Shown: positions 45,781 through 53,949 of the stretch, piece by piece | Layout of the letters: each line of letters opens with the position of its first letter | How positions within the stretch are numbered: the stretch's first letter is position 1 | Source: Dermatophilaceae bacterium | GTDB taxonomy: Bacteria; Actinomycetota; Actinomycetes; Actinomycetales; Dermatophilaceae | Length of the DNA: 64,000 bases | Reading direction: 5' to 3' | Assembly: GCA_051645525.1 (NCBI GenBank) | Contig: JBOFBK010000518.1 | Span: 4,013-68,012, forward strand | Notes under the pieces: model-generated | The model's database searches: none | What the model was told of the DNA's origin: nothing | The model's input: the letters and a program-made list of their open reading frames with translations, nothing else | Program-made: the position numbers and the translations under genes

Positions 45781-45797
45781 GCGCCATCCGATGGCGC
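45781..45797. promoter_or_regulatory. 17-bp perfect palindrome GCGCCATC-C-GATGGCGC upstream of the ABC operon
   Basis: 8-bp arms. The half-site ATGGCGC is related to the CGCCATGGCG cores of the 60-bp repeats. It lies 64 nt upstream of GTG 45861. Confidence 0.45.
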
Positions 45798-45847
45798 TGG
45801 ACCAGCGGTCCGCGGCTAACTCGGTGGGCGCTGTCGCCGGGCTCGGC

Positions 45848-45853
45848 TAGCGT
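45848..45853 (+). promoter_or_regulatory. -10-like TAGCGT, 7 nt before GTG 45861 (leaderless-type)
   Basis: TAGCGT-cgcccgg-GTG. Confidence 0.4.
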
Positions 45854-45860
45854 CGCCCGG

Positions 45861-46790
45861 GTGAGTGACGACGTCCTCGTGCGCGCCCGGGGGTTGACCA
45901 AGCGGTTCGGTGACTTCACGGCCGTCGACGGCATCGACGTCGAGGTGCGGCGCGGCGAGGCGTTCGGGTTCCTCGGGCCCAACGGGGCGGGCAAGAGCTC
46001 GACGATGCGCATGGTCGGCTGCACCTCGCCGGTCACGGCGGGTGAGCTCACCGTGCTCGGCATGGACCCCGCCGTGGACGGCGCCGCCATCCGGGCCCGG
46101 CTCGGCGTGTGCCCGCAGCGCGACATCCTCGACGAGGACCTCTCGGTCCAGGAGAACCTCTGGGTGTACGGGCGGTTCTTCGGCCTGAGCCGTGCCGAGG
46201 TGCGCCGGCGAGCCGACGACCTCCTCGAGTTCGCCCAGCTCGCCGACCGTCGCGCCGACCGCGTCGAGCCGCTGAGCGGCGGGATGAAGCGGCGCCTCAC
46301 CATCGCCCGCTCGCTCATCAGCGACCCCGAGGTGCTGCTCCTCGACGAGCCGACCACCGGGCTCGATCCGCAGGCGCGACACGTGTTGTGGGACAGGCTG
46401 TTCCGGCTCAAGCGGCAGGGCGTCACGCTCATCGTCACCACCCACTACATGGACGAGGCCGAGCAGCTCTGCGACCGCCTCGTCGTCATGGACCACGGCC
46501 GGATCGTCGCCGAGGGCAGCCCGCGCGAGCTCATCGCGGCGCACTCCACGCGCGAGGTGCTCGAGCTGCGCTTCGAGGTCGACGAGCAGGAGCAGCACGT
46601 CGACGCGGTCCGCGGGGTGGGCGAGCGGCTCGAGGTGCTGCCCGACCGGCTCCTCGTCTACGTCGCCGACGGCGACGCGGCCCTCGCTGAAGTGCATGGC
46701 CAAGGGGTCCGGCCGCTCTCCTCGCTGGTGCGCCGCTCCACCCTGGAGGACGTCTTCCTCCACCTCACCGGCCGCACCCTGGTCGACTAG
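45861..46790 (+). CDS. ABC transporter ATP-binding protein (DrrA/NodI-like)
   Basis: Walker A GPNGAGKSST, signature LSGGMKRRL, Walker [12 protein letters not shown]. Confidence 0.9.
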   Translation: MSDDVLVRARGLTKRFGDFTAVDGIDVEVRRGEAFGFLGPNGAGKSSTMRMVGCTSPVTAGELTVLGMDPAVDGAAIRARLGVCPQRDILDEDLSVQENLWVYGRFFGLSRAEVRRRADDLLEFAQLADRRADRVEPLSGGMKRRLTIARSLISDPEVLLLDEPTTGLDPQARHVLWDRLFRLKRQGVTLIVTTHYMDEAEQLCDRLVVMDHGRIVAEGSPRELIAAHSTREVLELRFEVDEQEQHVDAVRGVGERLEVLPDRLLVYVADGDAALAEVHGQGVRPLSSLVRRSTLEDVFLHLTGRTLVD

Positions 46791-46800
46791 GGCAGGCCGG

Positions 46801-47649
46801 ATGACGACGCACGCCGAACGCCTCGACCCGGGCTCTCCGAGTGGTCGCCTCGGGCCCGGCCCGCGCCGGGCCCTGTCGCCCGCCGAGCGGCTCGGAGCCG
46901 TGGTCGGGCACCACCTCACCGTCTACCGACGCACGTGGAAGGGCTCGGTCATCGAGCGGTTCCTCTCGCCGCTGTTCTTCCTCGTCGCGATGGGGCTCGG
47001 GCTCGGAGCCCTCGTCGACGACCGGTCGGGCGGCGTGGCCGGCACCCCGTACCTGCAGTTCGTCGTACCCGGCATCCTCGCGTTCCAGGCGATGATCCTC
47101 GCGGTCGGCGAGTCCACCTATCCGGTGTTCGCCTACCTGAAGTGGAACGAGATGTACGCGGCGATGCTCGCGACCCCGCTCGGCGTGCGCGCGGTGCTCG
47201 GGGGTCACCTGCTCGTCGTCGCCGGCCACCTCGCGGTCGCGACCACGGTGTTCGTGGGTGTCGCGGCGCTGTTCGGCGGGTTCGTGTCGTGGTGGGCGCT
47301 TGCAGCGGTCCCGGTGGCGGTGCTGACCGGGATGGCCTTCGCCGCACCGGTGTTCGCGTTCACCGCCCGGCTTGACAACGACAACGCGTTCGGCATCCTC
47401 TTCCGCTTCGTCGTCACCCCGCTGATGCTGTTCTCCGGCACGTTCTTCCCCGTCGACCAGCTGCCGGTGTGGCTCCAGCCCGTGGCCTGGGTGACCCCGC
47501 TGTGGCACGGCGTCGAGACCACCCGGGCGGTCGCCCTCGGGTCGTGGGACGGGTGGGCGGGCGTGGGCCACGTCGCGGTGCTCGTCGGCTACGTCGTCGT
47601 GGGCTGGATGGTCGCCCGCGCCGGCTTCGAGCGGAGGCTGCGGTCGTGA
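46801..47649 (+). CDS. ABC-2 type transporter permease
   Basis: Six hydrophobic segments, ABC-2 pattern (FLSPLFFLVAMGLGLG..., TPLWHG). Confidence 0.8.
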   Translation: MTTHAERLDPGSPSGRLGPGPRRALSPAERLGAVVGHHLTVYRRTWKGSVIERFLSPLFFLVAMGLGLGALVDDRSGGVAGTPYLQFVVPGILAFQAMILAVGESTYPVFAYLKWNEMYAAMLATPLGVRAVLGGHLLVVAGHLAVATTVFVGVAALFGGFVSWWALAAVPVAVLTGMAFAAPVFAFTARLDNDNAFGILFRFVVTPLMLFSGTFFPVDQLPVWLQPVAWVTPLWHGVETTRAVALGSWDGWAGVGHVAVLVGYVVVGWMVARAGFERRLRS

Positions 47650-48464
47650 GCGCGCTCGCCACCGCCTCGCGCGTCTCCCGGGCGCTGCCGTTCCTGGCCG
47701 GGGCCGGGTTCGCGCGCTACGTCGTGCTCCGCAACATCACCGCGTTCCGGCGGGCGTGGGTGCTGCTGCTCAGCGGGTTCGCCGAGCCCGTCTTCTACCT
47801 GTTCTCGCTCGGTGTGGGTCTCGGCGCGCTCGTCGGGTCGGTGACCACCGACGCCGGGAGCACGGTGTCCTACGCCGTGTTCGTCGCGCCGGCCCTGCTC
47901 GCGGCGTCGGCGATGAACGGCGCGATCTTCGACAGCACGTTCAACGTGTTCTTCAAGCTGCGCTACCAGAAGCTCTACGACGCGATGCTCGCGACGCCGG
48001 TGGGGCCGCGCGACGTCGCCGTCGGCGAGATCACCTGGTCGCTGCTGCGCGGGTCGTTGTACTCGGCGATGTTTCTCGTCGTCGCGCTGCTCGCCGGTCT
48101 GGTGCGGTCGTGGTGGGCGCTGCTCGCGCTGCCGGCGGCGCTGCTCGTAGGGTTCGCGTTCGGGGCGGTCGGCATGTTCGCCACCACGTACATGAGGAGC
48201 TGGCAGCACTTCGACCTCGTGAACCTCGCCATCCAGCCGATGTTCCTGTTCTCGGCCACGTTCTTCCCGCTCTCGACCTACCCGGATGCCGTGGAGTGGC
48301 TCGTACGCATGACGCCGCTCTACCACGGGGTCGCGCTCGAGCGCGGGCTGATGCTGGGCGAGGTGTCGTGGGAGCTGCTGTGGCACGTCGGGTACCTGGT
48401 GGTGCTCGGAGCGGTCGGTGTCGTCGGCGCCTCCCGCCGGATCGCCACCCTCCTGCTGACCTGA
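47646..48464 (+). CDS. ABC-2 type transporter permease (second subunit)
   Basis: Paralogous to 46801-47649 (FAEPVFYLFSLGVGLG..., TPLYHG). GTGA overlap. The 1 ATPase + 2 permease layout resembles Rv2688c-2686c. Confidence 0.8.
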   Translation: MSALATASRVSRALPFLAGAGFARYVVLRNITAFRRAWVLLLSGFAEPVFYLFSLGVGLGALVGSVTTDAGSTVSYAVFVAPALLAASAMNGAIFDSTFNVFFKLRYQKLYDAMLATPVGPRDVAVGEITWSLLRGSLYSAMFLVVALLAGLVRSWWALLALPAALLVGFAFGAVGMFATTYMRSWQHFDLVNLAIQPMFLFSATFFPLSTYPDAVEWLVRMTPLYHGVALERGLMLGEVSWELLWHVGYLVVLGAVGVVGASRRIATLLLT

Positions 48465-48575
48465 GCCGCACCAGCCGCGGAGTCAGGAGCATCCCGTCGA
48501 GTCAGGGCGCGACAACCTCCTGACCCGGCGAGGTGCTCCTGATCCCGCGGAGTGGGGGCGTGCGACGATCAGGCG

Positions 48576-49481
48576 GTGGAGCTGCGCCAGCTCGAGTACG
48601 TCGTGGCCGTGGCCGACGAGCTGCACTTCGGGCGCGCGGCCGAGCGGCTGCGGGTGGCCCAGCAGACGGTGAGCGAGCAGGTGGCCCGGCTCGAGCGCGA
48701 GCTCGGGGCCCGGGTGTTCGAGCGCACCAGCCGGTCGGTGCGGCTCACCGAGGTCGGCGAGGCGTTCGTGCCCGAGGCCCGCCGGGTGCTGGCTCAGGTC
48801 GAGCACGCGCGCGACGTCGGCCGCCGCGCGGCCGGGGCCTCACCGGCACTGCGGTTCGGCTACCCGCCGAACTCCGGTCGTGACCTCACCCTGCGCGTTC
48901 TGCCCGGGCTGGCGCGGCGCGCGCCCGCCGCGCGGCTACTGCCGGTGCCCGGGTACACCGTCGAACTGGTCACCGCGCTGCTCGACGAGCGCACCGACCT
49001 CGCGCTCGCCTGGCACCCCGACGTCCCCGAGCCGCTGCACGGTGTGCCCCTCTTCTCCGTGCCGGTGGCCCTCGCGCTCCCGGATGACGACCCGCTCGCC
49101 TCTTTCGACCGGGTACCCCGGGCTGCGCTGCGCGGTCGCCCGCTCGTCATGCTCGTGCCGCGGTCGGTGCATCCCGCCCTGCACGACCACCTCCTGGCCC
49201 AACTGTCCGACGGGTCGGGGTCGGCGCCCCGGATCGTCGCCGAGGCACCGTCGACCGACCGGCTGCTGCCGCTCGTCGTCGCGGGTGTCGGAGTGGGGGT
49301 CACCTTCACCAGCCTCGCCGACGACGAGCACACCCACGGCGTGCTGCACCGCCGCCTCACCGACCCCGAGCCGGTGTCGACGTGCTGGCTGCTCTGGCGT
49401 CGCGTGGAGCGCCGGCCCGGGGTGCTCGAGGTCGTCGAGGCGCTGCGGGCGCTCGCAGCGGAGGGGTCGCTCGACCCCTGA
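48576..49481 (+). CDS. LysR family transcriptional regulator
   Basis: N-terminal HTH LRQLEYVVAVADELHFGRAAERLRVAQQTVSEQVARLE, followed by a LysR substrate-binding domain. Confidence 0.88.
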   Translation: MELRQLEYVVAVADELHFGRAAERLRVAQQTVSEQVARLERELGARVFERTSRSVRLTEVGEAFVPEARRVLAQVEHARDVGRRAAGASPALRFGYPPNSGRDLTLRVLPGLARRAPAARLLPVPGYTVELVTALLDERTDLALAWHPDVPEPLHGVPLFSVPVALALPDDDPLASFDRVPRAALRGRPLVMLVPRSVHPALHDHLLAQLSDGSGSAPRIVAEAPSTDRLLPLVVAGVGVGVTFTSLADDEHTHGVLHRRLTDPEPVSTCWLLWRRVERRPGVLEVVEALRALAAEGSLDP

Positions 49482-49623
49482 GCGGTGGGAGCGTCATCCG
49501 CCGGACGAGACCGACGGCATCGGAGGTCGCGGGCGGCATCCGGCCTGCGCCGACAGGGCCGGCCTGTCGGTCGTTCGCGAATCGGCTCTTGGTCCGCCGC
49601 GCGGCGCGGAGTGGACTGCCGCC

Positions 49624-50511
49624 ATGACGACGGTGCGTGACCCTGCCTTTCCGACGACCGACGACGTGCATCGGGAGGCCAGTCGCTCGCTCATGGTCTT
49701 CGGTGCCATCCTGCTCGGGCTGTCGCTGCCGTGCATGGCGCTGTACGGCGTGAGCGGCCAGCAGGCGTTCGGTGCGGTGGCGCTCGTCTCCCCGGCGCTC
49801 GCCGCGGTGGTGACCCGGCTGGTGCGCCGCGAAGGGTGGCGCGACGTGTCGTGGCGGTTCGGTGGCCGGGCGGGGTGGCGGGCGATCGGGGTTGGGGTGC
49901 TCCTGCCGCCCGGCATCGGCCTGGTCTCGTACGGGGTGGCGTGGGCGAGCGGCCTCGTCGGGTTCGACCCGGACGGCAGCGAGGGCGAGGGGACGATCGC
50001 GGCGTTCCTCGTGACGCTGCTCATCGCCGGGACGGTCACCGGGCTCTCGCTCGCGCTCGTCGCCGTGGGGGAGGAGCTGGGCTGGCGTGGGCACATGCTC
50101 ACCCGGATGGTCGACGCCGGGATGCCGCGGCCGGTGCTCCTCAGCGGGCTGCTCTGGGGGCTGTGGCACCTGCCGCTGACCTTCCTCGTCGGGTACGCGG
50201 CCGGGTCGTCCGTGGCGCTCGCGGCGCCGCTGCTCGTGCTGCAGATCACCGCGGCCGGGGTGGTCATCGGGTGGCTGCGGCTGTCGACGGGGAGCGTCTG
50301 GCCGGCGGTGGTCTTCCACGGCTGGTGGAACGCGCTGATCCAGACGGCATTCGACCCAGCGTCGACCGGGGACGGGCACGAGACCTGGGTGGGGGAGTCG
50401 GGGGTGCTCACCACCGGCCTGCTCGTGGTGCTGGCGCTCGTGCTGCTGCGGCGGCCGTGGGTGATGCGGCGCTGGCCGGCCGAGGAGCCGGTGGCGCTGC
50501 CCCGGCCGTAG
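49624..50511 (+). CDS. CPBP family intramembrane glutamic endopeptidase (CAAX protease-like)
   Basis: Motifs EELGWRG, LWGLWH, and HGWWN within multi-TM segments. Confidence 0.8.
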   Translation: MTTVRDPAFPTTDDVHREASRSLMVFGAILLGLSLPCMALYGVSGQQAFGAVALVSPALAAVVTRLVRREGWRDVSWRFGGRAGWRAIGVGVLLPPGIGLVSYGVAWASGLVGFDPDGSEGEGTIAAFLVTLLIAGTVTGLSLALVAVGEELGWRGHMLTRMVDAGMPRPVLLSGLLWGLWHLPLTFLVGYAAGSSVALAAPLLVLQITAAGVVIGWLRLSTGSVWPAVVFHGWWNALIQTAFDPASTGDGHETWVGESGVLTTGLLVVLALVLLRRPWVMRRWPAEEPVALPRP

Positions 50512-50555
50512 CCTCCCCGCCACGTCGCGCGCACCGCGCGTGTCGGTGTTGGCCA

Positions 50556-50571
50556 TCGAACAGGCGTTCGT
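50556..50571 (+). promoter_or_regulatory. LexA SOS box (Cheo-type) between a -35-like TTGGCC and a -10 TAGGGT
   Basis: TCGAACAGGCGTTCGT versus the actinobacterial consensus TCGAAC-N4-GTTCGA (15 of 16). TTGGCC is at 50549-50554 and TAGGGT is at 50573-50578. Confidence 0.7.
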
Positions 50572-50638
50572 CTAGGGTCGTCCACAGGTGGCGGTGTCGG
50601 CGGCGTTGTCCACAGGTTCCTCGGCGGCCCTCGGCGGC

Positions 50639-50660
50639 TGTCGGCGCCACCACCTAGCGT
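50639..50660 (+). promoter_or_regulatory. RecA-NDp (PafBC-type) like promoter, proximal recA promoter
   Basis: cTGTCGGCG-ccaccacc-TAGCGT versus tTGTCRgtg-N8-TAnnnT. It lies 84 nt upstream of the recA ATG. Confidence 0.5.
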
Positions 50661-50743
50661 CTGACCAGACCTCGCGACGAGACCGACGGCGAGAGCTGGT
50701 CGCCGGTGGGCGCGCCCGAACGAGACGAGAGCACAGGTGTGAC

Positions 50744-53125
50744 ATGGCTGGATCCAACCGCGCCACCATCCCCAATCCGCCCGCCGCGGGCACGGACGAC
50801 GAGCGGTCCAAGGCCATCACCTCGGTGATGGCGCAGATCGAGAAGCAGCACGGCAAGGGTGCGGTCATGCGCCTCGGCGACGACGTGCGGCCCCCCATCG
50901 AGGTCATCCCCACCGGGTCGATCGCCCTCGACGTCGCCCTCGGCATCGGCGGTCTCCCGCGCGGTCGGGTCGTGGAGATATACGGACCGGAGAGCTCGGG
51001 GAAGTGTCTGACGGCGGACACCTACGTCTGGACGGCGCACGGACTCGAGACCGTCGGGGAGCTGTTCGCCAGGGCCGGGCAGCTGGCGTCGTGCACCTCG
51101 CGGGTCACGGACGTGCGTCAGCTCGGGCTGCGCGTGGTCAACGAACGAGGTGAGCTCGAGCAGGTTGCCGCGCTCACCCACAACAACCGCAAGCCTGTCG
51201 TCCGGCTCACCACCAAGTCCGGCCGGTCGGTCAGCGCCACCCACAACCACCCGTTCCGCGTCATCAACGAACGCGGCCACATTGTGTGGCGGCAGGCCGG
51301 GCGGATCGCCAAGGGTGACGTGCTCGTCTCCGCACTGTTCGGGGCAGTCGAGGCAGCGTGTGGCGACGGACTGAGCGAGGACGAGGCCATCTTCCTCGGG
51401 TACCTCGTGGCCGAAGGGACACTCGGCGAGTCCAACAAGCACGCCGTCCGATTCACCAACTGGGACCCTGAGGTGTCCGCGGAGTGGTCGGCGCTGGCGA
51501 CCACGTTGTTCGGTGCGACCGTCAAGAACTATGACGGCAAGGAGCACGTCGTCCACGACACCGTGCTCCGACGTCGCTTGTCCGAGGAGTACGGTCTCGC
51601 GTTCGTCAACGCGCCGGAGAAGTCGGTTCCGCACGTGATCCGCACCGCTGGTGCGAAGGCGCAGTGCGCCTTCCTGTCCGCGCTGTTCGAGGGCGACGGG
51701 TGGATCGACCCTTCCTCGACGGTCGGCCTGGGCACCGCGTCGCGGGTCCTCGGTGAGCAGGTACAGCTCCTGCTGTACGGGCTGGGCATCCCGGCAACCC
51801 TGCAGACGTCGTACAACAAGGTCTACGAGCGCGACTACTACAGCGTCATCATCAACCCCTCCGTGGTACACCGCTTCCTCGAGGTCGTGGGCTTCCGCAG
51901 CGCGCGTCGCGCCGCCCAGGTCGAGGCGGCCTTTCGTCGGTCGGCGCGGGAGCCGCAGTTCGAGAACGTGCCCTTCGTCGCCAACCTCATCCGTGACCTT
52001 CGTGACGCGGTCGGGGGCGACCGGGAGTTCGACCGCATCGCAGGCGACATGTTCCGCCAGGACATGGTGCTGTCCTGCTCGCGAGAGCGACTTCGTCGGA
52101 TCGTCGACTGGGCCGAGCGGCGAGTCGGCCTTCTGCCGGCCGGCGCGGTGCACCTCGTCGGCATGCTTCGTGACCTGTCCACGGCGCAGTACACCTACGA
52201 AGAGGTGGTGGCCGTCGAGGACGGTGGCCTGCAGCCCACCTTCGACCTGATGGTGCCCGAGACGCACAGCTTCATCGCCAACGGCATCCTGTCGCACAAC
52301 ACGACCGTGGCGCTGCACGCCGTGGCCAACGCGCAGAAGGCCGGCGGCATCGCGGCGTTCATCGACGCCGAGCACGCGCTCGACCCCGAGTACGCGAAAA
52401 AGCTCGGTGTCGACATCGACGCGCTCCTCGTGTCCCAGCCCGACACCGGGGAGCAGGCGCTCGAGATCGCCGACATGCTCATCCGCTCCGGCGCGCTCGA
52501 CATCATCGTCATCGACTCCGTGGCAGCCCTCGTGCCGCGCGCCGAGATCGAGGGCGAGATGGGCGACAGCCACGTCGGTCTCCAGGCCCGACTCATGTCG
52601 CAGGCGCTGCGCAAGATCACCGGTGCCCTCAACAGCACCGGCACGACGGCGATCTTCATCAACCAGCTCCGCGAGAAGATCGGAGTCATGTTCGGCAGCC
52701 CGGAGACGACGACGGGTGGTAAGGCGCTGAAGTTCTACGCGTCCGTGCGCCTCGATGTGCGCCGCATCGAGACCCTCAAGGACGGCACCGACCCGGTCGG
52801 CAACCGCACCCGGTGCAAGGTCGTCAAGAACAAGGTCTCGCCGCCGTTCAAGCAAGCCGAGTTCGACATCCTCTACGGGCAGGGCATCTCCCGCGAAGGC
52901 GGCCTGATCGACATGGGCGTCGATCACGGCTTCGTCCGTAAGGCCGGCGCTTGGTACACGTACGAGGGCGACCAGCTCGGGCAGGGCAAGGAGAACGCCC
53001 GCACCTTTCTCAAGGACAACCCCGACCTCGCTGACGAGATCGAGAAGAAGATCAAGGAGAAGCTCGGGGTCGGGCCGCGGGTCGACGCTCCCGCTGTCGT
53101 CGCCGACGTCCCGGTCGACTTCTGA
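50744..53125 (+). CDS. recA: recombinase RecA precursor containing an in-frame intein (mature extein 361 aa)
   Basis: N-extein ...[14 protein letters not shown]-extein [29 protein letters not shown]...VIDSVAAL...[22 protein letters not shown]... Confidence 0.95.
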   Translation: MAGSNRATIPNPPAAGTDDERSKAITSVMAQIEKQHGKGAVMRLGDDVRPPIEVIPTGSIALDVALGIGGLPRGRVVEIYGPESSGKCLTADTYVWTAHGLETVGELFARAGQLASCTSRVTDVRQLGLRVVNERGELEQVAALTHNNRKPVVRLTTKSGRSVSATHNHPFRVINERGHIVWRQAGRIAKGDVLVSALFGAVEAACGDGLSEDEAIFLGYLVAEGTLGESNKHAVRFTNWDPEVSAEWSALATTLFGATVKNYDGKEHVVHDTVLRRRLSEEYGLAFVNAPEKSVPHVIRTAGAKAQCAFLSALFEGDGWIDPSSTVGLGTASRVLGEQVQLLLYGLGIPATLQTSYNKVYERDYYSVIINPSVVHRFLEVVGFRSARRAAQVEAAFRRSAREPQFENVPFVANLIRDLRDAVGGDREFDRIAGDMFRQDMVLSCSRERLRRIVDWAERRVGLLPAGAVHLVGMLRDLSTAQYTYEEVVAVEDGGLQPTFDLMVPETHSFIANGILSHNTTVALHAVANAQKAGGIAAFIDAEHALDPEYAKKLGVDIDALLVSQPDTGEQALEIADMLIRSGALDIIVIDSVAALVPRAEIEGEMGDSHVGLQARLMSQALRKITGALNSTGTTAIFINQLREKIGVMFGSPETTTGGKALKFYASVRLDVRRIETLKDGTDPVGNRTRCKVVKNKVSPPFKQAEFDILYGQGISREGGLIDMGVDHGFVRKAGAWYTYEGDQLGQGKENARTFLKDNPDLADEIEKKIKEKLGVGPRVDAPAVVADVPVDF
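51005..52300 (+). mobile_element. RecA intein (432 aa) with LAGLIDADG homing endonuclease domain, inserted in the Walker-A loop
   Basis: Cys1 CLTADTYVW. Block [18 protein letters not shown] motifs [10 protein letters not shown] and [10 protein letters not shown]. Blocks [22 protein letters not shown]. The +1 residue is Thr. Confidence 0.9.
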
Positions 53126-53166
53126 CCGGCGATCCCGGCCGACCCCGGATGACGTTCGCGAACTCT

Positions 53167-53200
53167 GCGATCCCGCCGCCCGAACGGGCGGCGGGATCGC
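53167..53200 (+). terminator. strong hairpin downstream of recA
   Basis: Perfect 15-bp stem GCGATCCCGCCGCCC-GAAC-GGGCGGCGGGATCGC, 42 nt after the recA stop. There is no U-tract, as is common in high-GC actinobacteria. Confidence 0.65.
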
Positions 53201-53251
53201 GCCCGGCCACGACCGGCACAACCACGACCAGCCCGGCCACGACCGGCACAA
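53201..53251. repeat. 21-bp perfect direct repeat x2 (GCCCGGCCACGACCGGCACAA), period 30
   Basis: Copies at 53201-53221 and 53231-53251, directly after the recA hairpin and upstream of recX. Confidence 0.9.
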
Positions 53252-53313
53252 GTGCGTCCGGCGTACCCGCGTCTGCGTCCGATATCCGCGCCTCCGACAA
53301 AATAACGCTCGAC

Positions 53314-53889
53314 ATGTCCGTGGGCGAGGTATCCGTCTCCGATCCGGGTGTCGCGGGCCTACCACCGCTCGACCCCGAAGCCGACCCGCGCACCCGGGGC
53401 GGCGAGCCAGACCCGCACGACTGGGCTCGGCAGATCGTCCTCCGACAGCTCACAGCGGCACCCCGCAGCCGGTCTCAGCTCGAGCAGGCGCTGCGCAGAC
53501 GCCACTGTCCCGACGACATCGCGACCACCGTGCTAGACCGCATGACGGAGGTCGGTCTCGTCGACGACACCGCCTACGCCGGCATGCTCGTCCGCTCACG
53601 GCAGACCGGCCGGGGCCTTGCTCGCCGCGCCCTGGCCCAGGAGCTGCGCCGCAAGGGCATCGACGATGACACGGCGAAGGCAGCCCTCGACGATGTCGAC
53701 TCGCGTCAGGAGGAGGAGCGGGCCCGCCAGCTGGTGACCAAGAAGCTGCGCACCATGACCGGCCTCGACCCAGTCGTCCAGACCCGCCGGTTGGCCGGCA
53801 TGCTCGCCCGCAAGGGGTACGACGCCGACGTCGCCAGGCGTGTCGTCCACGAGGCCGTGCGAGAGGCGCCCGAGCACCAGCGTGATTGA
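53314..53889 (+). CDS. recX: recombination regulator RecX
   Basis: [26 protein letters not shown]...VLDRMTEVGLVDDTAYA...ELRRKGIDDD three-helix repeats typical of RecX. The upstream in-frame part of the track ORF contains the recA hairpin and was rejected. Confidence 0.85.
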   Translation: MSVGEVSVSDPGVAGLPPLDPEADPRTRGGEPDPHDWARQIVLRQLTAAPRSRSQLEQALRRRHCPDDIATTVLDRMTEVGLVDDTAYAGMLVRSRQTGRGLARRALAQELRRKGIDDDTAKAALDDVDSRQEEERARQLVTKKLRTMTGLDPVVQTRRLAGMLARKGYDADVARRVVHEAVREAPEHQRD

Positions 53890-53910
53890 GCATCAGTGAG
53901 ACTGAGCGAC

Positions 53911-53949
53911 ATCGGTACTGCTCCATCCCGGTATCGGTACTGCTCCATC
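53911..53949. repeat. 17-bp perfect direct repeat x2 (ATCGGTACTGCTCCATC), period 22
   Basis: Copies at 53911-53927 and 53933-53949, in a lower-GC intergenic region 160-200 nt upstream of ABC gene 54112. Confidence 0.9.

Noticed and set aside
45555-45860. Repeat-containing N-terminal extension of the ABC ATPase (in frame, 102 codons)
   Set aside because: ATPases of this family start a few residues before the L.V..L.K.FG strand, and a TAGCGT-7-GTG leaderless promoter sits at 45848-45863. It is kept only as a caveat in the corresponding finding.
50541-50548. TGTCGGTG upstream of the recA SOS box as a further RecA-NDp motif
   Set aside because: The required TAnnnT is not present 8 nt downstream (CGAACA instead). 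The nearest -10 is 24 nt away and belongs to the LexA-box promoter.
50654-53365. 903-aa minus-strand ORF antisense to recA and its intein
   Set aside because: It is antisense to RecA exteins and intein blocks, with a biased composition and no motifs.
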